From the human T2T-CHM13v2.0 reference genome, Homo sapiens, in assembly GCF_009914755.1 (NCBI RefSeq), contig NC_060930.1: 64,000 bases of DNA; one strand, written 5' to 3'. The translations under genes were made by a program, and so were the position numbers. Positions 23,555 to 36,778 of this stretch are shown here, in pieces (the first letter of the stretch is position 1; each line of letters starts with the position of its first letter). The notes beneath the pieces were generated by a model that did not search any database, was not told the origin of the DNA, and worked only from the letters and a program-made list of their open reading frames with translations.

Positions 23555-26500
23555 ATGAAAACAGCAAAACAAAGGTACCACACATTTCAATGCTAACATT
23601 GAATGTAAATGGCCTAAATGCTCCACTTAAAAGACACAGAACCGCAGAATGGATAGTAACTCACCAACCAACTATTTGCTGCCCTCAGGAGACTCACCTA
23701 ACACAGAAGGAGTCACATAAACTTAAAGTAAAGGGGCGGAAAAAGGCATTTCACGCAAATGGACACCAAAATTGAGCAGTGGTAGCTATTCTCAGAGAAA
23801 ACAAACTTTAAAGCAACAGTGGTTAAAAGAGACAAAGAGGGACTGTGTATAATGATAAAAGGCCTTGTCCAACAGGAAAATATCACAATCCTAAACATAT
23901 ATGCACCTAACACTGGAGCTCCCAAATTTATAAAACAATTGGTAATAGACCTAAGAAATGAGATAGACAGCAACACAATAATAGTGGGGGACTTCAATGC
24001 TCCACTGACAGCACTAGACAGAAAGTCAACAAAGAAACAATGGATTTAAACTATATGTTGGAACAAATGGACTAAACACATGTATACAGGACATTTCATC
24101 CAACAACTGCAGAATACACATTCTATTCAACAGCACATGGAACTTTCTCCAAGATATTCCATATGATAGGCCTCAAAATGAGCCTCAATAAATTTAAGAA
24201 AATTGAAATTATATCAAGCCCTCTCTCAGGAGACAGTGGAAAAAAACCTGGAAATCAACTCCAAAAGGAACCTGCAAAACCATTCAAATAATGAAAATTA
24301 AATAACCTGCTCCTGAATATGAGCATTGGGTCAAAAATGAAATCAAGATAGAAATTAAAAAAATATTTGAACTGAATGACAGTAATGACACAACCTATCA
24401 AAACCTCTGGGATACAGCAAAGGCAGTGCTAAGAGGAAAGTTCATTACCCTGAATACCTATATTAAAAAGTCTGAAAAAGCACAAACAGACAATATAAGG
24501 TCACACTTCAAGGAACTAGAGAAACAAGAACAAACCAAACCCAAACCCAGCGGAAGAAAGGAAATAACCAAGATCAGAGCAAAACTAAATGAAATTGAAA
24601 CAAAAAAATACAAAAGATAAATGAAACAAAAAGCTGGTGTCTTGAAAAGATAAATGAAATTGATACACCATTAGCAAGATTAACCATGAAAAGAAGAGAG
24701 AAAATCCAAATAACTTCACTAAGAAATGAAACAGGAGATATTACAACTGATACCACTGAAATACAAAAGATCATTCAAAACTACTATGAACAACTTTATG
24801 CACACAAACTGGAAAACCTAGAAACCTAGAAGAGATGGATAAATTCCTGGAAAAATACAGCCCTCCTAGCTTAAATCCAGAAGAATTAGATACCCCAAAC
24901 AGACCAATAACAAGCAGTGAGATTGAAATGGTAATTAAAAATTACCAACAACAAAAAAAGTCCAGGATCAGATGGATTTACAGCAAAATTCTACCAGACA
25001 TTCAAAGAAGAATTGGTGCCAATCCTTTTGACACTATTCCACAGGATAGAGAAAGAAGGAACCCTCCCTAATTCATTCTATGAATCCAGCATTACCCTAA
25101 CACCAAAATCAGGAAAGGACATAACCAAAAAAGAAAACTACAGACAGATATCCTTGATGAACATAGATGCTAAAATTCTTAACAACATACTAGATAAATG
25201 ATTCAAGCAACATATCAAGAAGATAAGCCACCATGATCAAGTGGGTTTCATACCAGGGACGCAGGGCTGGTTTAAAATATGCAAGTCAATAAATGAGATA
25301 CATCACATAAACAGAATTAAAAGCAAAAATCACATGATCATCTCAGTAGCTGCAGAAAAAGCATTAGACAAAATCCAGCATTCCCTTATGATTAAAACTC
25401 TCAGCAAAATCAGCATATGAGGGACATACCTTAATGTAATAAAAGCCATCTGTGACAAACCCACAGCCAATATAATACCGAATGGGGAAAAGTTGAAAGC
25501 ATTCCCTCTGAGAACGGGAACAAGACCAGGATGCCTACTCTCACCGTTCCTCTTCAACATAGTACTGGGTGTCCTAGCCAGAGCAATCAGAGATGAGAAA
25601 AAAATAAAGGACATCCAAATTGGTAAAGAGGAAGTCAAACTGTCCCTGTTTGCTGATGATATGATAGTTTACCTTGAAAACCCTAAGGACTCCTCTAGAA
25701 AGATCCTAGAACTGATAAAAGAATTCAGCAAAGTCTCCGAATACAAGATTAATGCACACAAATCAGTAGCTCTTCTCCACACCAACAGCGATGAAGCAGA
25801 GAATCAAATAAAGAACTCAATCCCTTTTACAACAGCTGCAGAAAAAAAAAACAAAAAAAACTTCAGAATATACCTAATAAAGGAGTCGAAAGACCTCTAC
25901 AAGGAAAACTACAAAACACTGCTGAAAGAAATCATAGATGACACAAACAATGGAAACACATCCCATGCTCATGGATGGGTAGAATCAATATTGTGAAAAT
26001 GACCATACTGCCAAAAGCAGTCTACAAATTGAACGCAATCCCCATAAGAATACCACCATCATTCCTCACAGAATTAGAAAAAACAATTCTAAAATTAATA
26101 TGGAACCAAAAAAGAGCCTGCATAGATAGGCAAAGCAAGACTAAGCAAAAAGATCAAATCTGGAGGCATCAAACTACCTAATTTCAAACTATACTATAAG
26201 GCCATAGTAACCAAAACAGTGTGGTATTGGTATAAAAATAGTCATGTAGACCAATGGAACAGAATAGAGAACCCAGAAATAAACCCAAATACTTACAGCC
26301 AACAGGTCTTTGACAAAGCAAACAAAAACATAAAGTGGGGAGAAGACACCATTTTCAACAAATGGTGCTGGGATAATTGGCAACAAATGGTGCTGGAATA
26401 TAGGAGAACAAAACTGGTTCCTCATCTCTTAGCTTTTACAAAAATCAACTCAAGATGGATTAACGACTTAAACCTAAGACCTGAAACTGTAAAAATTCTA

Positions 26501-27240
26501 GAAGATAACATTGGAAAAACCCTTCTAGACATTGGCTTATGCAAAGATTTCATGAGCAAGAACCCAAAAGCAGATGCAATAAAAACAAAGATAAATAGCT
26601 GGGACCTAATTAAACTAAAGAGCTTTTGCATGGCAAAAGGAACAGTCAGCAGAGTAAACAGATAACACACTGAGTGGGAGAAAAATCTTCACAATCTATA
26701 CATCTGACAAAGGACTATATCCAGAATCTACAATGAACTCAAACAAGTCAGTAAGAAAAAAATCAAACAATCCCGTAAATAAGTGGGCTAAGGACATGAA
26801 TAGGCAATTCTCAAAAGAAGATATACAAATGGCCAACAAACATGACAAAATGCTCAACATCACTAATGATCAGGGAAATGCAAAACAAAACCACAATGCA
26901 ATACCACCTTACTCCTGCAAGAATGGCTATAATCAAAAAATAAAAAAACAGTAGATGTTGATGTGGATGAGGTGAAGAGGGAACATTTCTACACTGCTGG
27001 TGGGAATGTAAACTAGTACAGCCACTATGGAAAACAGTGGGGCGACTCCTTAAAGAACCAAAATTAGAACTACCATTTGATCCAGCAATCCCACTACTGG
27101 GTATCTACCCAGAGGAAAAGAAGTCATTATTTGAATAAGATACTTGCATACACATGTTTATAGCAGCACTATTCACAATTGCAAAATCATGGAACTATCC
27201 CAAATGCCCACCAACCAACAAGTGGATAAAGAAACTGTGA
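23555..27240 (+). pseudogene. Disrupted L1 ORF2 (endonuclease/reverse transcriptase) remnant
   Basis: ORF fragments with 'TLNVNGLN', 'QETH', 'NIYAPN', 'IVGDFN', '[11 protein letters not shown]', '[13 protein letters not shown]'; many stops and frameshifts. Confidence 0.93.
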
Positions 27241-27249
27241 GATCAATTG

Positions 27250-27250
<1 letters not shown>

Positions 27251-27293
<43 letters not shown>

Positions 27294-27420
27294 CACAGTT
27301 ATATATATATATCTCACCATATATATGTTATATAAATATCATATATGTTATATAAATATCATATATATTTATATGATATTTATGTATCATATATATTTAT
27401 ATTTTATATATTTATATATG
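27251..27420. repeat. (TCTA)10 microsatellite plus AT-rich (TA)n-derived tract inside L1PB
   Basis: Ten perfect TCTA units at 27251-27290; duplicated 'atatatgttatataaatatc' follows. Confidence 0.95.
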
Positions 27421-28074
27421 TGATGGAATACTACACAGATATAAAAAGTAATGCATTAACAGCATTTTCAGTGACCTGGATGAGACTGGAGACTATTATT
27501 CTAAGTGATGTAACTCAGGAATTGAAAACCAAACATTGTATGTTCTCACTGATATGTGGGAGCTAGCCTATGAGTATGCAAAGGCATAAGAATGATACAA
27601 TGGACTTTGGGGACTTGGGGGGAAGAATGGGAAGGAGTGAGGGATAAAAGACTACAAATTCGGTGCATTGTGTACTTCTCAGGTGATGAGTGCACCAAAA
27701 TCCCACAAATCACAGCTAAAGAACTACTCATGTAACCAAATACCATCTGTACCCCAATAACTTATGGAAAAAAGAACCCATTTTCTGGGGATGAGGCATG
27801 TATAATTTCCCCTAAAGCACAGAACTGTGCAGATGAAAGTGGACACCTGAACAAAGTAGGCATTTGCCTGGAGAAAGAATAAATCTGCTCCATGCCACTT
27901 TTACACTGATTAGATTGTTCCTGACTTATGACACACTCTTCAAAATACTTGCACATCTATTATTCCATTTGTACTAAGAGTCTAACCAAAACAAAATGAA
28001 GCTCCAATCTCATCTTTTAGAATAGATAAATGAAACTTGTATTTATTCCCCCTTCAAGACTCAGTTCTAAATTG

Positions 28075-28500
28075 TTTCAATCATTTATTCAACAATAATC
28101 TGCTGAACCTCTATTCTGTGGGAGGCTTTTCAGGGCAACTGAGAGGGAATAAAATTAAGATTCTTGTTCTTATTACTTTACAATCTAGTTTGGAAGACAA
28201 ATAAAAAGTGATAACTTAAATAACCACAGAAGATAGAAACAGTGGTTCTACATAACTCTGCAAAGCTGGCACAGGTGAGGTTATGATTAATGGTTAAATG
28301 ACAGTAAGTACCACAGCAGTTCAGAGGAGGACAAGATACCTGCAGGCTGGAACAAGCTGAGAAAGCTTTCCAGAAGAGGAGGGATTATAGATGGATCTTG
28401 ACAGATAGGATTTGCAGAGACAAACAGGAGCAAGGGAGGGCCCCAGCTGCAGCATCAGGAACTATTTGAACAAAGTCATGGAGCAGTAAAATATTTGCTT
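28075..28500 (-). mobile_element. L2 3' fragment
   Basis: 'tcatttattcaacaa' tail, 'tttacaatctagtt', 'gatggatcttgacagataggatttg'. Confidence 0.7.
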
Positions 28501-28559
28501 GTATCCAGGAAGTAGGGCAGACTGTTCAAATACGGTTTTTTTTTTCACCCACTCATTAG

Positions 28560-28830
28560 CTTAATATTTTTTATGGCTTATTATGTCTTAGGCAACTGTT
28601 ATGGGAAACAGGGATACTGTAGGAAACCAGACAGGTAAAAATTCCTGTCCTCATACAGGCTGTGTTTTAGTAGAGGAAGATAGCCACATAAATAAGGAAA
28701 ATATATCTAATGTCAAATATAACTGGGAAAATAATGAAAAGGGAGAGGCAGTATGATACAGAGGGCATTGTGATTCTGGGGATATCTAGACCTGGGGGTC
28801 TGAACTGGCTTTTCTGACACATGTATGCAA
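28560..28830 (-). mobile_element. L2 fragment
   Basis: 'cctgtcctcatacaggctgtgttttagtagaggaagatag' L2-like. Confidence 0.55.
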
Positions 28831-30049
28831 AGATACAGAGCAGGGTCAGATTGGCCTCAAAGGTTTCAAGGCAGATGATGGGGGCAAGGCTGTAGAGGAG
28901 AAGATAGGGTGGGGGTCTTGCCAGGAGTATGCAGAGATCAAGGCCCCCTCTTTATTCCTGCCAATGGCGAGGGAGAGCCTAGAGAAGGCTCAGACTTACC
29001 CAGAGCTCATGAAACTTTTGAGGTTCTTCCATACTTCTGCCATGGAGAGGAAAAGTTGAAAGGGAGTGTCTTACTCTTATGCACCGTAGGAGTTATGGCT
29101 GGAAAAAGAGGTTGGAGCCAGGTTACAGAGGGCCTTCAAAATCAGAGTGAGGAGATTAGGTGTGGCCTCAGTGAACTAGAAGATGGTTCAAGTCTTGTTG
29201 GTTTGTATGTCAGTTTGTCAGCATGATAAAAGCAGTGTGTACAATGAATCAAGTATTCCTTAAGTATCTTACAATTTGTAAAATTCCTGATGTGTTATAA
29301 AACAGAAGAAAACATGAAACGGGATAGCAAAAAATTGTGGACTATTTAAAATGTGTAAATTTCATAAATGAAGGCTTTCCTTAGGTATGAACACAATGTA
29401 ATATAATTGTGCTTTTCATAAGATGTTACAAGATTTATTTTAGAAAAGTTAGTTCAAAGTGCACTTTTGATAGTAGGTTCAGTCACGGGACTGTTATTTA
29501 AAGTTGTGTGACAAGTGCCTTCTTTCAATCCTGTCAGCATGTCTCTGCAGCTGTGTGTGTAACCTCATCTGAGTGTAATAACCCTCTACTTTGGGCTAAC
29601 CTTCAACTCTTGCTGATTTTCCGGTTGTTCATTGTTGGCCTTTTATCATTCTCTGTCCTCTGCTGTCAGTGTCCTTTTGACTTTTTTTTTTTTTTTTTGG
29701 TTAATGACTTCTGACTAACTCCATTGCTGTTATGACCCTCATGTTTTATCTGTATCCCAGTTTCCTGGTTCTGGCTGCCTGCCTGTTTCCCTTGACCTGC
29801 TGTCATTTACAACCTGGCATGACAGATGGCCATAGGCTAATGGCAAGGGCACTCCATCAGAGCCTTGGCTGTGCCGTCACTGAAGACGCGTGACAGGCAG
29901 CAGAGGGGAAAACATGAATAGGCAGCATGATGCTTTCCACGGCTCCGGTACAGTGCCAATTCTTGGCTGGACTGTTTGTTGCCCACCTGAATGAATCACT
30001 GTAAATGAGACTTTGCGTAAACAGAATCTCCCTTTGGGTTATACTACAA

Positions 30050-30370
30050 ATTATTTTAATTCAGTGCATGCTTAAGTACCACAGCAGTTCAGAGGAGAAC
30101 AAGATACCTGAGGGCTGGAATGAGCTGAGGAAGCTTTCAGGACCAGTTGTACACAAAGCTGCGCTGGGTACTGTGATAGATGACACAATACAAAGATGAC
30201 ATGACATTGTTACTGCCCTCAAGGAGCTTACAGTCCAAGGAGGGAGATGCCCATATAGGCAGCAAATTATAAGTCAAGATGGGTAAAGTCCTGTGGCAGA
30301 CATCCAAATCAAGCCTCAGGAAGCACAAGGATGAAGCCATAAACTTGACCAGGTGAAGGATACATGGAAG
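30050..30370 (-). mobile_element. L2 3' fragment containing a 66-bp copied insert
   Basis: 'ctgccctcaaggagcttacagtc' L2 motif. Confidence 0.6.
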
Positions 30371-33089
30371 ACTGTAGGTTGTAGCTTTAGTTTTGATGGC
30401 TGTTTGTGGGCCTTGAGAACCACATTCATGGCAGTTGTCCCTGCTAATTGTTTTGAATAGTTTAGCAGTCATTTCAGCTTTAGATAGAATCACCATAATA
30501 AAGAATTTATCTACTCTGTAGATGGAATTCAAAAGTCAGTCGTAATTATAGAAGAGGAGGAAACAATGTAAAAAGGGCAAAGAAGAAATAGCTCATTACG
30601 GTAAAACTGATATATATTAATCAATGAATGTTAATGTTGAAGGTCAAACAGTATGTAGACTATTTTAATCATTCCATTGTCAGGGACCCACTGGGCCAAC
30701 TTCAATAAGCCATTTGTCATTTAACCATTTTAGGCTATAAGTTTTTCACTTGAAAACAAAAATGTCTGTTCTTTACTCATTATATGTGGCCAAGATTGAT
30801 CAGAAAAACTCTTGAAAGTGTTTTGAAGTTATGGAAAAAGACTTTTCGGAAGTACACTATATGAATTACTTAAATGCTCCAACTGATATTCCTAGAGCTT
30901 ATTTTTAAATAACTGTATTATCAAAACAATCCACCTTATCTTTTTGATAAAAACAACGACAACAACCTAATGACAATTTTAACCCCACAGAAAATGTACA
31001 GGAAGATTTTCTTTGTAAAATGTAGTTAATAGCAGCTGGTTCACATTTTTCCTACCAATGTTTGCTCTGAGAAATGCTGTACATATATGAATTCATGTAG
31101 CTGGACATATGCATGTATATAAGCATCACCTGCTAGCCTGTTGTGCCACTGGAACTCCCATATACATGTATATAGAAAAATCATATCATCCTGTTTCATG
31201 TTTTGAGTCTCAATATGGACCCCAGTGTATAGAATGAGGTCTGCAGGAAATATAACTTTATTTTTCTAAAACCATAATTTCTATTTCAAGTGGGGTTAAT
31301 TTATACTTATAAATACAAGCGTTCCTCCCATATCCCTCAGACTGATGACTGAGATGTAGGGGTCTCCACTCTGTCAAGATGTTGGAAAGTAGCTTGTCTA
31401 GTTCCAAATGCTATCTGTCCTTTCATAGAGACATCAGAAAAGATATCTTTTATTTGTGTTTTGAATGATCCTAAGATAAAAACCAATTACCATCTTAAAA
31501 TATCCCAAGGCATTAAATAATGTATTATTTTACTGCAGTTCATTCTTTTAGGTATCTCGTTAAGTATTCACCCAACTGTTCTGTAGGTATGTAATATCTC
31601 TATGAAAAAAGAATGAAACTGCGGTAAATATAATCTGAGTTTCAGTTATTTTTAGATATACCTGATGGAGCCATCTTAAATCCTTTATGCAAACAGATAT
31701 AGATATAAATAAATAAATAAATCATATGACTGATGAATTTGTAAATTACATTATTTATAATTTTATTTCCTCCAGGAGAATTTTAGGAAGCTAACAGAAA
31801 TTAATACAGTAATATATCATTAAAAAATTCATAAGTAAGTTTATGGAAAATTGCCAGAACTGGGTTGCCAATTTGCTTCTGAGATTTTTAGTAGTCAAAG
31901 CAAAGAGGAGATCACGTTCTACTGAGGGATTCATGTGTCAACACAGTACTGTTCAGAGGTAGCACAATTTCCCCACCATTGGGGCCTCACAGAGAGGTCT
32001 CTGGCACTTCTTCATATATGGGACCTTAAGATTTTTATGGGCAATATCCTTAGTGGAATTTCTAAAAATTATCTAATACTATCAAGTGCAGTTCATGAAA
32101 GGTGATTTTCTAAGGGGCCAAAGCCATGTTTTTCAAGTTCTGAGTTCTTTGCTGGTGTGGCTTGAACCAGGAATGGTTTTTTTAAGACATCCAGAGGAGT
32201 AGAAGTCAAGTCAGCATTCAGTTGAACTGAACACTTCGATTTTGATTGAATGGAGGTCAGGGGTGTCCATCCAACAAGAACACATCCCAGCATAATGTTG
32301 GTATTTAGGAGCTCCTGTACCACTAATTGGAATCTAGTTGCTGACACACTTAGTTTAGAGTAAAAAACATTACATTATGACCTTAGAGTTGAGAGCAAAG
32401 CAGTCTTGGAGCCCAGGACAAGTAGAATGAAAAGCAAATTTGTCACCTATGTAATTTATTATGTCGCTTTCAGTTAGTGCTATTATCAGAGGGTACCATC
32501 TGGTCACTGTCTATTTTTACTGGTTATTTTTGCAGCTAAGTGCTGAGCTCACTTGTTTCTGTGTTGCTGAAAGGGGACATATACTGTAAACAAGTAAATG
32601 CCACATATTTTAAAAGGAACAAATTTAAATATATATGTAATATATATAAAATTATTACTTGATTCTAAATTCTAAATTGTGATGGCCCAAGACAAATGCC
32701 TAGGTACTCTAGTCCACTGTAGTCACATCCCAAAGTAAGCGCCTCAGAGCTTTGTGAATGTCTCCTGTTTCAGATCTGATCTCTTGTATCCTAGCCACAC
32801 TCGTATCTCAGAAACCTGAGAATCAAAGTCCTTGCTGGTATATTGATTTTTATGAATTGCAAAGGTTTATTTACTGTTTGGCTCTGTATCATTTTGCAAG
32901 TTTCCTGGAAGCACAAAGTATTTATTTGACTTAGACATATATTTTTAAATTTTAACTTTCAAATATTTTAAAGTTTTTTTTTGGTAAATACAAAAAGTGT
33001 AGAGAATTATTCTTTACCATATATCCACCAATCAGCATTAACAAAGGGTGACTTTCTGTCATATTTTCTTCCATCTTTTTGTTGGGAGA

Positions 33090-34900
33090 AGAAGAGTTGA
33101 ATTATAATTTACGTACAATAAGATATATAAATCTTAAGTGTGTGGTGTGAGGGATTTTGACAATTGTATGAACCCATTTAACAACCACCCAAACTAAAAT
33201 ATATGACAGTCTCATTAGTCCAAAAAGTTTCTTCATTCCACTTTTCAGTCTATTCCCTGCCCCTCCAGGGGCAACCACTTCTTGACTTTTCTGTCATAAC
33301 AGATTATATTTTTCTGTTTTGGGACTTCATAATAAGGGAAATCATCCAAAGGATATTCTTTTGTGTCCATGTTCTTTCAGTTAGCATAATATTTTTGAGA
33401 TCTACTCATGTTGGTGCATATTATAATTTACTTATTTTCATTGCTAATTAGTATTTCATTGCATTTGTCCATTTTCCTTGTTGATGTGTGACATTTAGTT
33501 TGTTTCTAGTTAAGGCTACTGTGAAGATTCTTGTACAAATAAGTCTTTTTGTGGAACTATGTTTTCGTGTTTTTTTTTGGGTGGGATGGTGATGGTGGTA
33601 TAAATACTTAGGAGTGGGATTGCTGGGTCAGAGGGTAGGTGTATGTTTAACTTTATAGGAAAATGCCAAACTATTTTTTAAAGTGGCTATGGCATTTTAC
33701 AGTTTCACCAGTAATATGTGGGAGTCCTAGTTGATTCACATCCTCCTCAACATTTGGTATTGTCAGTCTTTTCAATTTTAGCCATTCTAGCATTTTTAAT
33801 TTGCATTTTTCTGATGACTAAAGATGTTGAGTGCCTTTTCATGTACTTATTGGACATTCGTATGTCTTCTCTTTCTAAGTGACTGTTCAAGTGTTTTTTA
33901 TTGCTGTTTTTCATTTCATTGTCTTTTTATTACTAAGTTGTAGGAGTTTTTTATATTCTGGAAACAAGTCCTTTGTCAAACATACATATTGCAAATATTT
34001 TTCCCCAGTCAGGTACTTGACATTTTCATTTTTGTCTATACCAATTTGTAAAGATGTTCTCCAATTTTTTTTTTCAAAAAAGAAATAAAGTTTTAGCTTT
34101 TTTCAGCTTGAATTAATTTTCTCTATGGTTTCAGGGTTCTCATTTTCTTCTCTCATCTGGATGACTAGTGATCACAGAACCATTCATTGAGAAGATTTTC
34201 TTTTCCTGTTCAAATATTTTCTTTGACGTCTTCATTGAAAAATCAATAGATTGGTTTAGTGTGGTCTATTTCTGAATTCTCTATTCTGCTATATTGACCT
34301 ATTTGTCTGTCCTTATGCCAATACAATTCTATCTTGATTACTGTAGCTTTTCTTTAAGTCTTGAGGTTAGGTGGTCTAAGTCCTACACCTTGTTTTTTAA
34401 AGACTGATTTGGTTATCAAGGATTATTGTATTTCTAAGTAAATTTTAGAACTGGCTTATAATATTCTATAATATAAGACAGCTTCTTGGGATTATAATTA
34501 AAATCGAATCAACAAATTAATTTTGAAAAAATTGACACTTTAATAATATTGATTCTTCCAACCTACTATCATAGTATATCTCTTTATTTAGATCTTTGAA
34601 ATATTTTCTCAATTTTTAAAATCAGTGTAGATGTTATGTTTTTGATGCTATAATAAATGGAATTATTGTTTAAATTTTACATCTAATTGTTTGGTGCCAA
34701 TGTACAGAAATACAACTGAATTTTTCATATTGACCTTGTATTTTATGATACTGCTAAATTCACTTAGTAGTTTCAGTAGTAGCTTTGTAGATTTCTTAGG
34801 ATTTACTTTATTACAATTATTTCATCTGAAATTAAAGATAATTTTATAAAATCCCTTTCAATCTTTTTCTGTCTTTTGTTTCTTTTATTTTGTTTACTGT
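33090..34900 (-). mobile_element. Old L1M (MC/ME-like) 3' ~1.8 kb
   Basis: T-rich antisense L1 motifs 'ggagtgggattgctgggtca', 'ttgcatttttctgatgactaaagatgttgag', 'cttgattactgtagcttt'. Confidence 0.85.
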
Positions 34901-36153
34901 AAAAATGGTAACATTCCATTATATTTGCTTCAGGTAATTTTTCTTTTTCATGGATTGTATCATATTACCTTATCCATGTTCTTCTTGTAGCTCTAAAACT
35001 CTCTTAAGATGTCCATATTTCCATTTCTGCTTGTAGATTAGTCATATTTGCATTGATAATCCATAGCATTTTAAAGTATTCATGTTAGGGAGGCTCAATG
35101 CAGAGCATTTTCATCTATGATTAATAAGAGAAAATTAAAATACACATTTTTGGGGAGGGCTATCCTTTACAGTCAGGAAATAGCAAAATTCTAAGTGGAT
35201 AGTAAATTCCAAGGCAGGGAATTTAGTGCAAAATTACCTGAATAAGTGAATTGCAAATAAATCCAGAAGTGACTATTTACTACTCAGAAGTGCCAGACTC
35301 TTTCTAAGGGCATCTTGACATTGCCTAATTGTGGAGATGTAAAAGTCCTATAAATTGCAAGTCATTGATATAACAGTTTTATTTCGTTCATTTAAAATGA
35401 TAAATTGATAGAAAAAATTTGTTCATGGCAGCAGATGCTCCCTCATATTACAGCAATTATAAAGAAGACCTCTTCATTCCCCCTACAAGTTACAAAATGG
35501 ATCATTGCATACAAGTTCTAATCATAATTTTACCTTAAAAACTTACAATTGATTTAATTAATCAATTCATATGTGAAGTACTATTTTCTCTAAATTAACT
35601 GAGATTTCTCCTAGAAACAATAAGACCATCAAATGATAAATTGAAATTGCTTTACCAATATATAGTTCATGAAATAAATGGAAATCTATTTCATAAGAAG
35701 AAAATACTGATAAAATGCTGAAATCTTATCAGATTATTACTTTTCTGAATCTATGTGCTTATCCATCCACTTGCTTATCTATGATAGTTCATATTTGAAA
35801 TAAAATTTATGTTATATAAATACACCAAGACTCAACCTTTAAATACAATTAATTTTAGTTCTTAAAAATTAATGGGTGACAATGAAAAATTTGTGCAAGG
35901 GAAAAATGCATTCTGTATGTTAAAATCTAGTATTTATTTTCAATTAATTGATGGTCCTAAATATGTGAGGATCTGTAGCACTGGATATGCAACACATAAC
36001 CTTTAGGGCAAAGGTTTTTGTCATGGATGTCACATGAGACTCATCTGTGGTGCTTCTAAATATCTTGATGTCTAAGTGACACTTCCTTCTTCCCTGTGAG
36101 ATTCATGTCATTTGTCCATATCAAGTTTTCTCCATCCTGGTCACTGGCACCGC

Positions 36154-36778
36154 TGTATTAGTGTGCTATTGCTACATAACAGATCACCACAAAGTGAGTG
36201 GCTTAAAGCAACAATCACTTATTAGCTGACAGATTTGTAGGTCACAGTCCAGGTAGGCTTGATTAGCTTCCCTGCTCAGGGTCTCACAAGGCCAGAATGA
36301 AAGTGTGGCTGGGCTGGGCTTTTTCCTGGAGGATTGATGATGGGGGTTGGGGAGGATAACCTTCCAATCTGATTTTGTAATTAGCAGAATTTAATTCTCT
36401 GCTTGTAGGACTGAGATCCCTATCTTCTTGCTGGCTGTTGAAAGTGAGTTGACCTCATCTTCTACAGTCTGTACTCAGGTCCTTCCCATGTGCCTGCCTC
36501 CTTCTTTGAGCTAGCATTGGAGAGCTTCTCATGTACCAAAACCTCCCTGTGCTTCTACTCTCTGACTTCCTCTTTGCAACCAGCTGGACAAGAGTTTCAG
36601 TTTTGAAAGGGTTCATGTCATTAGGTTTGACCCATTTAGATAATCTCCCTGTTTGTAGGTCAACCGATTAGTAAGCTTAAATACATCTCTAATTGCATTA
36701 TGCTAGGTAGTGCAACCTAATCACAGGAATAATACCGTCTTTGAGGTATGAGGACCATCTTTGAATTCTGCCTACCTT
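36154..36778 (-). mobile_element. MLT1E/F-like solo LTR
   Basis: Begins 'tgtattagtgtgctattgctacataacagatcaccacaaa'; ends 'gaattctgcctacc'. Confidence 0.85.

Larger units (their letters stand above)
21367..27772 (+). mobile_element. L1PB1-like LINE-1, truncated within the 5' UTR, inactive
   Basis: L1PB-type 5' UTR, ORF1 and ORF2 remnants, 3' end 'gtgcaccaaaatcccacaaatc...tgtaccccaataacttatggaaaaaa'; only a weak TSD candidate (AAAGAAGCAT / AAAGAACCCAT). Confidence 0.93.

Noticed and set aside
23555-27240. Active L1 or domesticated reverse transcriptase
   Set aside because: ORF2 is broken by numerous stops and frameshifts, ORF1 is disrupted and the 5' UTR is truncated
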